DNA of 64,000 nt from Tubulanus polymorphus. Taxonomy: Eukaryota > Animalia > Nemertea. Location of the stretch: contig NC_134026.1 in the NCBI RefSeq assembly GCF_964204645.1, positions 2,069,950 through 2,133,949 of the forward strand. Direction: 5' to 3'. Under the pieces are notes generated by a model, which was given only the letters and a program-made list of their open reading frames with translations, did no database searches and had not been told where the DNA came from. The position numbers were made by a program, and so were the translations under genes. Shown piece by piece: positions 50,126 to 64,000 of the stretch; within the stretch, counting starts at the first letter, position 1; the number at the start of each line of letters is the position of its first letter.

Positions 50126-53100
50126 TCAAAAGAAGACACGCAGGCAATCTTGTATCCTCTGAAGTTCCCAGGGAATCCTAACTAATCAAACATATTGCTT
50201 TTGTTTTGTATTCATCATTGCGTAGATATTGATATGAATAATGTATATATAAATATACGTACGGTTCGAGTTCGGAAGCAGTTGCTCGACGCCTGTTATA
50301 ATCGAGTATGCTATTATTGGTATTGTTTGAAGATAGATTGTCGACCGGGAACATTTGATGCATACCTATCGAATATGCTCCCCTGAAAATATTTCACAAA
50401 AGCCATTCTTCAAAACTTCACAAAAATTATGTGATGCATCTATTTGTTTTGAAACGACGAACAATTTTTTCTGTTCGTTTTTCTTTGAATTTACGAGTTT
50501 TAACTTTAATGTGTGTCTGCTGCTGTATTCCATAGTGATATCCATATCAAAAACGTGAACACGAAATTCTACACCAGTATTTTACATAATCAAAAAAACT
50601 CACTGATCATCAAAGCATAATTGATTAAAATCACTCTGATAGTTAGTAAACTGTGAACGTATTGAAGAAAAACATTGTTTGAAAGAAAATTCGCGGCGAA
50701 TGCAATAATATATTGTGAAAACTATTCAAATTTTGATTGTGAGAGGAAAGTGAATTATCTTAATGTTTGACAGTGATTTTAGTGAATCAAAGTATATCAA
50801 TATAATGCGGATGAGAAATATTGCTGGGAATGAAAAATATTCTAGAATTAATAAGATAGAAATATGAATATATTGGTTAGAATGAAATAATTTTCTACGC
50901 TAAGGTGTTAACCTAATCACTAACCTTATACGGAAGTCTTTAATTACTCATTCTGAATTATAAAAGACATTAATTTAGAAGTGACAATAAACAAAAGAAT
51001 TACATTCATAAATGTTAACAATAACTAAGACTGGTGTAAAATTTCGATGCGTTAAAAACAAATACATTTTCATCAAATATTTTCAATATAATGATTTTAA
51101 TCGATTTCAAACTCGTCGGAATTTCAATTGATTCACGAATAGCTCGATTCTTAGCGGACGCAAAGAACAAACAACAAGAAATTTGCTAATATTTCGGGAA
51201 CTATTCCTAGAATGCTGAAATTTTTGCAGCTTAATTTCAGGCAGAATGAAGAACTGTGGTCTCATTGTCGCTTATATACTTACGATTCCATACGTCGTTT
51301 GGCTAACAGTATAATAACGACTGTAATACCGGCGACAAGTAAACCCACAGCAGACGTGATAAGTGCCATCTGCCACCGAGGAAACATCGATTTGCATACT
51401 TTATACTGTTTTGGACATTGACACCTGAAAGAACAACAGTTGGATGTTAATGTAAAAGGCACAGACAATTTCGCCCTCAAATCAACATGAATCGCTAAAG
51501 TGGAATCTTACTATACAACAAACCAATGGGACCAGAATGATCTGTTTTCGTTACAGCCGATAGTTCGTTAAATCAATTATTAAATTATTGAAACTGTCCT
51601 TTTTAGGACGAAATTCTAAGTTTAGAATAACTGATGAATTGTTAAATCCGAGATCGTTATAACGAGATTCCACTTAACTGTACTATCGTGAATTTTGTCG
51701 AGACAAATTTTTACCTATAGCTATTAATCTCATCGATACAGACGAACGGAGCTTGGCAAGGATTTGGCAAGCAGTCGTTTGTATTGGTTTCGCAATATTT
51801 TCCTTCGTAACCCGCTGCACAGCGGCAAGAAAAACCAAATTTATCGAAACCTCGAGTTCTAAGTAGACTATCACAGTTTCCTGTAAAATTCAATCAAGCT
51901 TTATGAGAGTTTGTATTGAAAATGATAAAAAGCCACAAATTCCTTTATACGTAAACGTGTATTACACAAGAATACCAATTTCCTGAGAATTTGTATATTA
52001 GCATCTATATTTTTTTTCAGAAAAAAAGAAACACTTTCGGTTATCTTTTTAGCGAACATACCAGCACAAACAGCATTATTTTGGCAAGGGTTTTTTAATA
52101 CAGCAACTATCACAGTCAGCGCACGTGGGAACGCCGGAGTACCCTCACTATCCCTCACTATCACTCGAAAGCTATCATTCCCGTAAAATCCGTAATTAGG
52201 TTTATAAGTTAACTGTTTGAAAAACCAACTGTAACGGTCTTTATCGTACGTTAATTCTAAATTACAGGGAATTTCAGCGTCGCTCTGTTTGATTTCAATC
52301 GATGGTTGCGGAAGGCATTTCGGCGTTTGCGTCGATGTCGTCGCAACGTTCAACTCCGTAAACGTTACGGAACCGTGCGTTGGACGTTTCAGTAAAACGA
52401 CGTGATGGCTATCGTCGCGATCTATGTCATACGCTCCTATCACCGCTTTAAATTCCGAATATGCACTGGAAACATAGTTCTGCTCGCTTTTTACCTGTAA
52501 AATAAAATAAAAATCATAAATCATCTTCTGAAAAGATTTTGCGGTAAATCGATTTACCGTTTATCAGCAACATCTAGAAAAGTCTCCTACAGAACTCAGT
52601 AGTCAGACTACTGATATCGGAAAACAGTGAACATGACATAAGTTTGACCGATGCCCAATACGTATCGATGATATACACATCTCGTATAGCCATTAGTCAA
52701 CGGTTTACAGGATCGTTACCCGGCCAATGCATCAATATCTAATTTCATCCGTGAGTTTGCGAAATAAGAAAATCAGTTTCAACAATCCCCATCGGATTAA
52801 CACAGACAGACACACACATTGCCGTCTATGATTAGTATAGTACCTGGAAATGTCACAGGTTTAAAATTTCTGTTTCAGCGAAAATTATTCATATCCATAT
52901 TCAATGTCGAGTTGGGTTTCAAAATTCACTTTTCGACGAATGTGTAGTCGTGTATATGCACCGTATGCGTTGCTATTATCTCCTCGCACGAAGCGCTTAT
53001 CATCCGAAAAAAGTCTCATTTCGCCTTCAATTTCTCTAGTAAGAACCCGAGTTATTACGCGGCGCTATAAGTAATATCGACACGCAACCGCAAACACGCG

Positions 53101-56100
53101 AAATCTATTAATTGATAAATAATTGACAGCGGAGGAGACGATGATATTCCTGTTGTACCGAGTGTCTTTTCTGTCGCGAAAGTGGTATCTGATTTCTAAT
53201 GGAACATCCTCTCGTTATATCGCTAAAATAGACGCGTTGTTCGTCGTGCCTTCATTAATCTATCTGTTATGTGTTTGCATACGTTCTCAACACGAGTGTT
53301 GATGTGCCTCCGTTCAGCTGATTGAGAGAAATTGATATTATGGACGGGATGAACCAGTCATCATCACTTAAACAATGTTCCGTACATACAAACCTAGGCA
53401 TATCTATTATCACATCTATCTTAGACCGTGAAACCTTAAAGAATCTAAATGTTTAGCTCTAAATCTAAATTACGAATCTGGACTTAGATGAATAAATACT
53501 TCTAGAAGCTAACGGATGATTAGGTCTAAAACTCGCCATTTCGTTACGGATAACATTTTTTCAGAGCACCGGTCGGTATACACTAAAGACTGCATTCATT
53601 CGAATATCGCTCATCGGTTCGTGTGTGAAAAGATGGATTAGAAACGCGATCTGTTACCAATTTCAATTAATCTTTTCGTCGAATTACGTGACGCCTGAGC
53701 TCATTTAAATAGAAACGTCCTCAAAAGATTATTGGACGACGACTCGCTTTATTTCAATCATAGCTCTTCAGCATTACGCATGAACGATTGAACGTCGGTT
53801 TTTCTATTAATGGCCAGAAAACTCTTTCTGTATCTGGTGAATACGATGCGACGGACGCTTATTGTCGATTACTTATTTCTGCACCAAACACGATTGAAAT
53901 AAAACGAACCATCTCCAGAGTAATGGATCCCATCTAGATTATCCAAAACGCGTGCCAATTTATTTCGGGTTCACTATTTAAGAAGTGAATTGTAAACCGC
54001 GATATGATTATATTTTCAATTTCTACCGGGCATCACAATCGGATATCTGGCGAATCTGATTCTATAATACTCACAATGATTGTTTGGTTTCCTGTGGCCA
54101 AGTTGACCCCATTCACGCTGAAGAAAGTGACCGGGGCATCGTTGATCGGCACGACTTTTATCGTCATTGTACCGTTAGTGTGCATACCCGTCGTATCCCG
54201 TTCTGTTCGTCTGTGCACTGTGAAATGAAGCTGATCATGGCCGTGAAAGTCCTATAAAAGATTCACATCTTTGAAAAAAGTGGTTGTATATCGAAATCAT
54301 TATAGGACTTCGGGACTTGAGTCAGTTGAAGTGACCGTTACATACATACAACAACATCTCCGAGATAATAAAATTATCTATTCTCATAATATAGGACATA
54401 AATAATAACATAGATATATACGTCGATATCAGTCATTTGACCTGCCTTAAAAGGTTCGTCATATACAAGATGATTGACTGCCTGAAGACTTATATTTCTA
54501 ATAACGCGACAGAAGAGTAATTGTTTTTATATCCGTATTATCGAGCGGAATTGGCGCGCTTATCTGTGTTTGGTACACACAGTAAAAATCACGTCCAGGG
54601 AATTCGAGCAATTACCATTTCATTCGAGCTATCGTTATTAACTATTACCGCCAGAAATATAGTAAAACATTTCGATTTATTTCGCGACGTGGATTTATTT
54701 CGGGCCAAAAACACACAGAGTTTTTTAACAATCGTGTTACGTGTACCACATCGATCTCTACGGATAGAATCTCATTATCACGACAGACCCTAATGGAACA
54801 TTCGACGAAATTTATTATTTCTTAGATAAGGATTTTATATTAATCTCAGCAAACTTCATTATCAGTACTCGACGAAGCTTAATCTTAAAAAGTGGCTCAT
54901 GTAAGGATTGGTCGGTATAGACATACGCTGAAAACTGAATTCATCCCTTTTTTTTAAATTGATCTCTTGAATAGGCAGGGCTTTCTTAAAAACGTACATC
55001 AATAAAAATATTCTTATCTACCACACAGCAAATGGGTCCTCTTGGAAAAATAAATCATTCACACGATTTTCTTCCGTATACTTTTTATGAGCAAACTATT
55101 TCATTGGCTCTAACAGAAAACGCGCATAAAACATGATTGATGACAATTGTTTTCCCTAACAAGAGGATCCAAAGTGATGTATGCCAGTAATACTAATTTT
55201 TCTATGATCGATGTTCCTGGACGTAGATTCCTACAAGGGGAATAGCTCTAGCGTATGTTATTTCCGATTTTCCTCTCCATCCAATCTTCTGTAACTACCC
55301 AACCTCGCCCTTTTATTACGGCTATGATGGTCTTTTATATATCTACTTCAATCACACTATCCGATATAGATTCACGCAATCTTATGGCATTGTAATGGTG
55401 CTATCGGGGAAATGAAGATTCCATTTGTATTCGGTATCATACATAGATATATCATATTGCCTTCGAGAATTTCTTCTTCCCAGAGCGCAATGAAATAGAA
55501 AACGAACAACGTGGAATGCGGAGATTTGTGAACTTGTCGTTTATTCTCACATCAGAAAGCGATAAATATTTCTGCCCCTCGAATGTCGTCTGAAAAGAGC
55601 TATCAACCTACCGGAAGTGGCCAATATTTGATCAATCCCGTGTGTTTTGCGATCGTCCATCGTCCGAATCTCGCATCCGGCTTGCGTTTCCGATAATACA
55701 ACATTCTGCCAGTCGGGTCGCTGGCCTGGATTTGGTATTGATAAGGTGCTTAAAAATTCATAAAAAAAGAAAATCCGCGGTTATAACCTTACAATAATAC
55801 ACTTACTCGGGGCTATACGCGTTCAACTATAACCTTTCGACGACGACAGTCTATTCGGTACATTACACGAATACACTTTGTAATGTATTCATAAAAGATG
55901 AAATCTATACTCCGGCTAATTATAAATGGATTACATGATCAAAGGAGAAGTGTGGGTACTAAAACGACGAATGAAATGTGGAAAATTGAAGATCAAGCGC
56001 GTGTTTGTTGAGGGATGTCATTTCAAAGGTAAAAATACAGCGCCATGATGTCGACTGTTCTGGGGTAACATTCGACCGATATTTACTATCTGTTTCCGCC

Positions 56101-59100
56101 GTATCTTCTCAATTATTGGAAGTCGGATAAAAATAGCCGTCCGTGAAATCGTACGAACCATTTCTATCAAAGGAAAACATAATTCGGGGCCTCCAGATCA
56201 ATAAATTACCTTCAGTAAAATCTTCCACTATTTGGTGACTATGGAGATTGACATTTGTTAACGATGGCGCAGTAGTGTACGATCTACCGGTGTCTTCTGG
56301 TTTTAGTTTTACCTTCTTTTTCCTATACATCTGAAATGAAAGATAACTTTGATTACGAAAAAGACACTGATTGATTGAGCTGGGATTTTATGGGATGTCA
56401 AATCTATCTTTTAATGATGTGTCGTTACTTAATAGAATGTTTGATATTATTTTCCCCAGAAATCGATTGCCAAAGCCAATATCATGCTGGCTAAATCCTG
56501 ATACCCAATCAAGCAACGGATAGGTTTACAATGGGCTACATTGTACGGGCGATCAGCCTAATCCTGCAATATATTCGCATTTGGATATACGAGCTGCCGT
56601 AATTATCAGGATCAAAGATAACTCTGAAACCGACACGTAGAACGATGTATCATTTTCCGATAATCTCGACAACTGAATCACGCTTCAGAATGTCTCCGAC
56701 CGACGTCACCAATCAGGCATTCGTGAGACGACTTTAAATAAGCAAGATAGAAAACATTTCTTAGGCCATTAACAATTTTTCCTTTAGGAAAAAAACGATT
56801 GGTGGAATTTTTATTCGAATTGATTTGCTCGTATAAAAGCCATTTGCAATATACGGATGATTTGTTTCGTTAGCTAAGAATAGTTGATAAGTTGAAGAGC
56901 AGCTGTGTGTTAATCTACTGCCCAACTCACGCGAACAGAACTTTATCATAAATATTGTTAAATACCGATGTGAAATGCTAATTAAGACTTCGAAATATCA
57001 GTGGATGGATGATAAATCTGCTATAGTCTTAGTACTCGATTACTCGAACACAAGTCAACTTCCATCATCTCGAGTACAGGCCGATAGCGGCATAGTTTAC
57101 TGCCTTGGAATTTTATTTAGAACAGAATGTGAATGGCAAAACATTTTAACAAATTGATCTACAATAGCATAAGAATAAAGATGTAACAATTTCATTTATC
57201 AAATGATTTCTATCGTGAGAGATCGCGAGAGGCTGTTCACGATGGCTCACTGAACGGCGTTTCTTTCGTGAAGAGGCTCAGTCCTGATCAAAACTATTTC
57301 ATTAAATATTGGACGATTGATTCTCAAAGTTACATTTTAATATCAATGAAGTCGATTTCCAGTCAATGAATAAACAAGTGTTTCGAACATCATTCAGAGA
57401 ATAGCCAGTGGAATATTAGAAAAAAGTGAACGAGTGAGTGGGATACATCGAACATTGAATTTAACAGAATGAAGAAGATGTTGATGAAATCATAATCAAT
57501 ATTCATTGTATCTTAGTCTGGACCCGCTCGGCCTTGATTGTATAGTATAATCAATTGTACTCTGTATATTTCCTGTATGGGACTGGTTGACGATCGAATT
57601 GAAACCCCGTCGCGTGTTTCACAGTTCAAGAGGAATTTATTTAGATTGAAGAGACGTTGATGTCACAATCTAAATACTTCAAGAACAAATTGACTGCGCC
57701 GTGTTTACTCATTCGCGGGATAAGCCGGCAATTCGAGTGTAATCAGCATGCACCGAATTAAATCCTGGATACATGTTTCTCTTTCGTAACTGTTTGTACC
57801 GTCAGTAACCCTTGACGAGAAAAGCTAAATGCACACCAACTGTTGAACGTGACAAATGATCATCACACGCCTATAAATCAAATAGATTTTGAAATGTTTC
57901 TACTTCTAACAGCCACATATTGTGACCGAGAATGGCAATTTTATGCCAGTATCAAATGATAACATTTTGTGTCTTCCGGGAATTGTTGCGGGTGGTTTTT
58001 CAAATGTTTTCCGCGCTAGATGTAAGTTGATTATGGTTCGGTAAGGTATGATGAATAATGTAAAGTCTCTCGAGGCTGAAATGATTGATATTAACGGCGA
58101 CAAAAGTCCACTGGTAATTAAATTTAATATTTCATGTTACATAGTTAGATTATACATCATCAACAGTCAGTCGTAGAAAGATCAAAAGTTTATGATTTAT
58201 TCAATTTAGAAACGAGTCAGCGGATATTTGCAGCAATAAGTTATCAATCTTTATCTAGATAATCATATTTTTTCCCACGCATTTCTAAAAAAAGAAATAT
58301 CTCTAAGCCTCATATCAACTTACATTCACTTTTATATATTGGATTCCCAGTGGATTTATGTGAGTTCTCGAGATTAAAAATATTTTCTATTCATTTCGAA
58401 AAAAAACACGCTTTGAGTAAAGATTAGACCAATTCAAAGGTAAAATTCCTGTTAGTCAAATATCCTTGAAATTAAAACCGTTTTTATTGAAGTTTTAAAC
58501 AATTCGTTCAAAACAATTCCTTTCAAAACCATTTGCACGAATAATTTTTATTCAGGGATTCTTTTCATTCCAAGTACATAAGATATCAAACGTCACCATA
58601 TTGTTTATGCGATACCGCGCGCGCAAAGACACATGCGGCGTTGTATGATATATTTTTATCGGGGGTCGATTTCCGATTCCTGTTCCTGAGAGAAGTGTCG
58701 TTTGATTTATCGCGCGGGATGACTAACGCAGTTCGCATCTGACCCAGAAAACGGATGCTTAATCCCGGCGTAAAATTAACTGAATAAATTCAATCGAGCC
58801 GACGGTAATAACTGGTAATACAAACCAGTCGGGTATTAATCCGATCATAAAACCTTCCACGCACTAATGACTGTGCATGATTCTCCTATCTCATGATTCC
58901 ACACGATTCATTGAAACACTCGCGCAGTCGTCGGTCGTATCACGCCGTATCTATCCTGTATAATTAATATCTACTTGGCGGAAATGTGCAACGACAGATA
59001 ACTCGCGAAGATTGTTGTTTCTAGTTTCCAGAAAAATCATTGCGTTGCTCGCTGTGTGTCTTGTAAATGTCAGATAACGGGTTCTGTTTTTTTTTTTGGT

Positions 59101-59670
59101 ACCGTTAATCGGTTGGCGGCTTCATATTTCATCGGTACTTAGTAGAAATGGGGATTTTTTTAGATCTTATAGCGCGTATGGATTTCCGTCGAACAACGAA
59201 TAGGAATAAGATATTTTCTATCACGCGTCACGGAAATTCCAGAAAAAAATCCCCTCTACAATCAGTAGTTTCGCGATGCGATCTCGACTGATATGGATAT
59301 CAGGTTGGGATGCAACTTTAGCGTGATTTCTCGTTCAACATGGAATCAAGATTTCAAGGCCATTCTTATGGACATCACGTTTACATCGTTAAACAATATA
59401 CACGGATAGATATACAGCGTAGCTCTTAAGTGTTTGTTGTATATACATTATTCATCACCGAACAGATGAAATAATGCATAGTTTCGATGAGTTTTGCCAT
59501 TCATTTTGGGCATACGTCAAAACCGTTATCAAAATTATGAAATATATATGAAAGTTTCTTTTTCTTACCGTGTTTGATTCAGCAACCTGATTTAGAATCA
59601 ACCATAAAACTACCAACGTGAACCAATTGGTAAGATCTGTCCAAGAGACGGTGTTCGATGAAGCGTTCAT
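50126..59670 (-). CDS. Type I membrane protein: signal peptide, two Big_9/cadherin-like Ig repeats, EGF domains, TM and short tail
   Basis: Phase-compatible exons at 59569-59670, 56211-56330, 55612-55748, 54079-54252, 52061-52495, 51716-51880, 51284-51424, 50263-50382 and 50126-50177 (the last is tentative). EGF motifs NPCQNNAVC, CRCAAGYEGKYCE, NDCLPNPC; TM MALITSAVGLLVAGITVVIILLA-KRR. Confidence 0.8.
51498..51675. mobile_element. Tc1/mariner (Tigger-like) MITE, copy 2
   Basis: TIRs AAGTGGAATCTTACTATA and TATAACGAGATTCCACTT; homologous to 19766-19937. Confidence 0.8.
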
Positions 59671-60301
59671 AGTGTTGTGGTCAGGTTGCTGGTTACAGCT
59701 CTGTTACACGTGTGTCTCAGTAATCAGTTTTCCGCGTCCATAAATCTATAATTTACAATGTAATAACGTGCAGTTTTATTAATCCTTTTTATTTACAAAA
59801 CGAGAAAGCTCATTTGTAACTTTTCTGTATTAGACGTCATTTTTGCCTCGTATACAATGACTAATGTATAGACAATAACTGAAAATGAATATTGGTATAA
59901 ACTATATCTATCAGATTCTGTCAGAATCTATACCAGAAATGGCTAAGTCTGAAGTTGCCATTAAGACTGAAACGTTTGTTCTGTTCAATATCGGCAATGC
60001 CTATTTTCACGATAAATCACCAGCCACCATACTTTCCCATTAAACACCTTTGACTCCCAAAGCTCAAGGTCATACACGTGATGGACGTGTCAAGCGGAAA
60101 AAACTGAAAAAAGTAGATTCGTCTTTTGTGCATCAGGTTGGCGCAAGAAATATCAATTGGGCATCAATTCAAACCTCTCAACGCTGATCTAAAACCCGAT
60201 TCTCGCTTCAGTCGTCGTTAGAATTTCGCACTTTTGTTGCTCATTAATGAAGAAAAATTCCACTGAAGAATTCGCATAAACAAAACAACCGCACTGAATA
60301 T

Positions 60302-60760
60302 TAGAACTGAAGCGGTTGAAGATAGAACTGAAGCGGTTGAAGGTAGAACTGAAGCGGTTGAAGATAGAACTGAAGCGGTTGAAGATAGAACTGAAGCGGT
60401 TGAAGATAGAACTGAAGCGGTTGAAGATAGAACTGAAGCGGTTGAAGATAGAACTGAAGCGGTTGAAGATAGAACTGAAGCGGTTGAAGATAGAACTGTA
60501 GCGGTTGAAGATAGAACTGAAGCGGTTGAAGATAGAACTGAAGCGGTTGAAGATAGAACTGAAGCGGTTGAAGATAGAACTGTAGCGGTTGAAGATAGAA
60601 CTGAAGCGGTTGAAGATAGAACTGAAGCGGTTGAAGATAGAACTGTAGCGGTTGAAGATAGAACTGAAGCGGTTGAAGATAGAACTGAAGCGGTTGAAGA
60701 TAGAACTGTAGCGGTTGAAGATAGAACTGAAGCGGTTGAAGATAGAACTGAAGCGGTTGT
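60302..60760. repeat. 21-bp minisatellite, about 22 near-perfect copies
   Basis: Unit TAGAACTGAAGCGGTTGAAGA. Confidence 0.98.
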
Positions 60761-63700
60761 AGACATTTCTGTGCAACATCGTTAGCGATTATTGCACGTA
60801 GTAAGATCTTGCAATTGCAAATTGCCGGAAACTTCGACACGCATAAAGGCACTAGCGTCTACCACGGGGTGACATTAAATTAATGGACGGCTTTTTAATA
60901 ATTCACGACCTCTTCGCGGTATTAATGAAAATCGTCTTGGGAAGAAATTTCGTTCGATAGGTCATAATATCATCGTCGAGCTGGAAAAAAAGATAATTTC
61001 GGAAAACAGTCATGCGCTGAGAGAAACCCAAATATTTGCCTGCCTGCCTGCTGCGTGTACTGTGAGTTAAATAACCGGATATCGTTCTGAGGTGAAGCTA
61101 AACATCGATTCGATGACGTTACCAGTTTTAAATGTATAAAACTTTAATAGTACATATAAAACTCCTAGAAATTCAATCGATGATAAATAAAGAATAATTT
61201 GGGGCTCAGCCATCGCACTAAGAGCCTCTGTATTCGCGGTACTATAAACTATTTCCATATCGCACTCATTGAAAACATGTATTCTTCTTTAATTATATCT
61301 ATACTGAAAACTCAATATTTTCTCGCGACGTTACTTCATTCAGTATGTATTCACATTCAGTACGATGAGGATTGTTCGTGTGTAATTTGGAAACTGACAA
61401 TTGGAGAACGGCAAACACTCGGCTACTGTCTCCGGGTAAATGGAAAATACTCTTTGATTCGTAAAAAATATGCATAATGACAATCATGGATTCCTTTAAT
61501 GTACAATAATACATGGTGTTACTTCGTCAACGCGAAATAAACATATAGCTGTGAATAAATCAGAAGATGTGACCACGCATAATGGGTTATTCATACTAAA
61601 CGCATACAACTGGGTATCAACTGGATTCGATTTTTACTGCTAAAAAGAAATCAAAATCAGTTGCCTATTGATATTCTACGGGTACAAATCTTCGTTCAAA
61701 TTGAGGTATTTACAACCGGAAAGCTCGCTAGTAAAAATAAGACGTTACGACTGAATATTTTAGCGCTAAAGCGATCTATCTAGAGACAATAAGAGATGAC
61801 GTATTTCTGTTCGAATACGACGTCCTCGGGCCGTAAGAATTATAGACGTAAATTGTATAATTATCTTCACTCGGCGGGAGTGTGATAAATACTATGTATT
61901 GACGGTTGGGCCTTGCAGTCGATGATTACTCCAGTGTATAATTTCCGCTGGCGGTTTAGTCACAAATGTAGATGGAGTATTGTTTGCTAAAAACAGTATA
62001 GACACCTGCTAAATTGATGAGTGTGAACAGGAATCTGAGGCGACAGTAGCACTTTTTATGTTGCCGCGACAATTTGTTTGATCGATGGTGGTTTTTGCGC
62101 ATTTGTTTCAATATCACTGGATTCACGGGGACACGATATAAGAAATCATCTCGTGTTGGATTCTAGCCGCTTGACCACACGGTTTCGGTGAACAATACTG
62201 AGCAATGGAAGCGGTGCGAATGCAGTGAAAGGATTCAACTGATGTCTTAACCATATATGAGCATTATACGAAAGCGACCGAAAGGGCGATTGGAAAAATA
62301 CTGTTTATTTCTATTCCGCGGGATACGAACGTTCAATGAACCGAGGATATCGTGGTTAAACGGGCAGAAGTTACCGATAATGATGATCGTGTAATTCAGA
62401 TCCTGATCTACTTTTTGGTTAAACCATCTCATGAATCGGCAATTTGACGCGCAACCATTGAATAAAGCGATGGTCATTGCCAGCATTAGCGGCGATGAAT
62501 TCAACATCTTCGTGAATTACGAATAAGTCGCTAGTGTAGATAACGGCATTAAGAACGTACTTGCAAGCCGTTACTTCACCGTTCAACTTGAATCGGGCCT
62601 TTCATGCTATTCGCTCGTGTTCGGTTTTTGTCTAATCAGATAACGCCGCATTTTCTCGTGTCAGTGTGAGAAAAAGAATCTATCCGCGCCGTGACGCATA
62701 TTAAAAACACGATCCATTTAAACAGGCTGCGAACATATGAATGCAAAATGTCATGGGTGGACATTGACGAAGACATTCCCGTTCGCCGAATAGCAGCAAT
62801 TATATCAACTGGTTGCTGAGCGCTTATTTCTTTCGTCACGATGACCGCGACAATGTGTACGATGGTGGAGAGCTCTTGTGGTTTGTAGATGAGTTCTTCA
62901 CATGTAAATTGACGGCGCTCTTGCTGTCAAAGGTTGGATGAGAGTTTCATCTGAGAACATAATCAAATACGCAACTATAATTCATTGCCCTTTGTGACCT
63001 TTGTTAAAACAACCATAACGTGGAATCGGATTTTGAAGACCAGGTTTGAGTTTAGGTCAAAATATGGTCATCAAGCCGACCACCCTTGTTTTGATCGTAC
63101 AAGCAGACGACAAGTACCTGAACAAAGAAAATCCTTTTTCATCGCGATTTCGCTATAATTCACTGTCTATTCCATTTCTATTACGTCTATATGTTTGTTC
63201 TTCTAAGCAGCCATAATGAAAAAAAGCTTATCGGGATTGTTAGTTTCACTCTCAGTTGCAGAACTATTCAATTAACGGTTTACTCGAACATGTATCCGAT
63301 GTATAACGAGTAAGCCATCACCTGAGCTGGTCTTTTTTGTCTCTTTATCATTAGATAGATTCTAACAAGACGGGGAGTCGCAAGGGATAATTGCTTTTCA
63401 TGTAGGAAATCAATTTAACACGGTGACTTATCGAGAACTTGTCAGGACATATAATAACAGCTAAGCGTCTGCAGTGACACTGAATTCCGTGCTGTGAATA
63501 CAATCTCCTGTAAAGCGATATTCTAAATGGGATTTTTTTTCTGGCCAGCGTAAAAATCCTCGATCTCTGACGTATCAACGGAAAAATAATTCACACAGGG
63601 CCTAGTACGCATTCTTTCAAATTGATGGAAAACGTAAAATCAACCGTTATACAGATCGGAAAATCGGCACAAATTTGAAAGTTTGAAAATAACGAAAAAC

Positions 63701-64000
63701 GGTTAGAAGAAGACAGTACAAAATGATTGAGCAAAGCTAGTTTCATATCATTAAATCAAAAATAACAAAGGCGTTGTCTCTCACGGTTAGAATAGAAAGA
63801 TTTGTTTTGGTATTTCATGACATTTCGAGATCGTGTTACAACTTGCAGCGCAAATATTTCAGAGGAAAGCTTTCGGTTAATTAAAAAATACACAAAACGA
63901 TCGCGCGAAGCTTCGAAGAAAACCGAACACCGTTGACCTTTCACGCAAGAAAATGATGAAACAACAAAAAATCTTCTCCACTCGCCGATTTTGATCGGTT

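Noticed and set aside
60302-60760. CRISPR-like array
   Set aside because: There are no spacers, it is a pure tandem repeat, and the context is eukaryotic.
60189-60852. Long ORFs (FNRFSSI)n, (LQPLQFY)n and (KIELKRL)n
   Set aside because: These are by-products of a 21-bp repeat lacking stops; no gene context.

Overview
AT-rich, intron-dense eukaryotic (metazoan) genomic DNA. The gene content and repeat style suggest a compact marine invertebrate genome, possibly spiralian; this is an inference. I reconstructed exon chains by hand from splice sites and reading-frame phase. Left to right: NCoR (minus strand, 3' end runs off the window), a shared divergent promoter, NUP107 (+), a PCGF6-like Polycomb RING gene (-), NOP56 (+), a sushi/CCP type-I membrane protein (+), a PAN + C-type lectin gene (-), a class A GPCR (+), an intronless CCDC42/CFAP73 (+), a FABP (+), an orphan 579-aa disordered ORF (+), tRNA-Trp (-), and a receptor with bacterial-Ig-like repeats, EGF domains and a TM helix (-). 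There are also many MITEs, SINE fragments and tandem repeats. The most unusual observations are: (1) two sushi domains split by 200-250-aa inserts that each carry an RKKR furin site; (2) the Big_9-like/EGF receptor; (3) a U12-type intron in NUP107; (4) a cluster of nuclear-receptor response elements inside the NCoR gene; (5) a candidate ~105-nt Pol III panhandle RNA; (6) a Penelope-type hammerhead remnant. No database searches were run. Family assignments rest on motifs recalled from known proteins, and coordinates may be off by a few bases.
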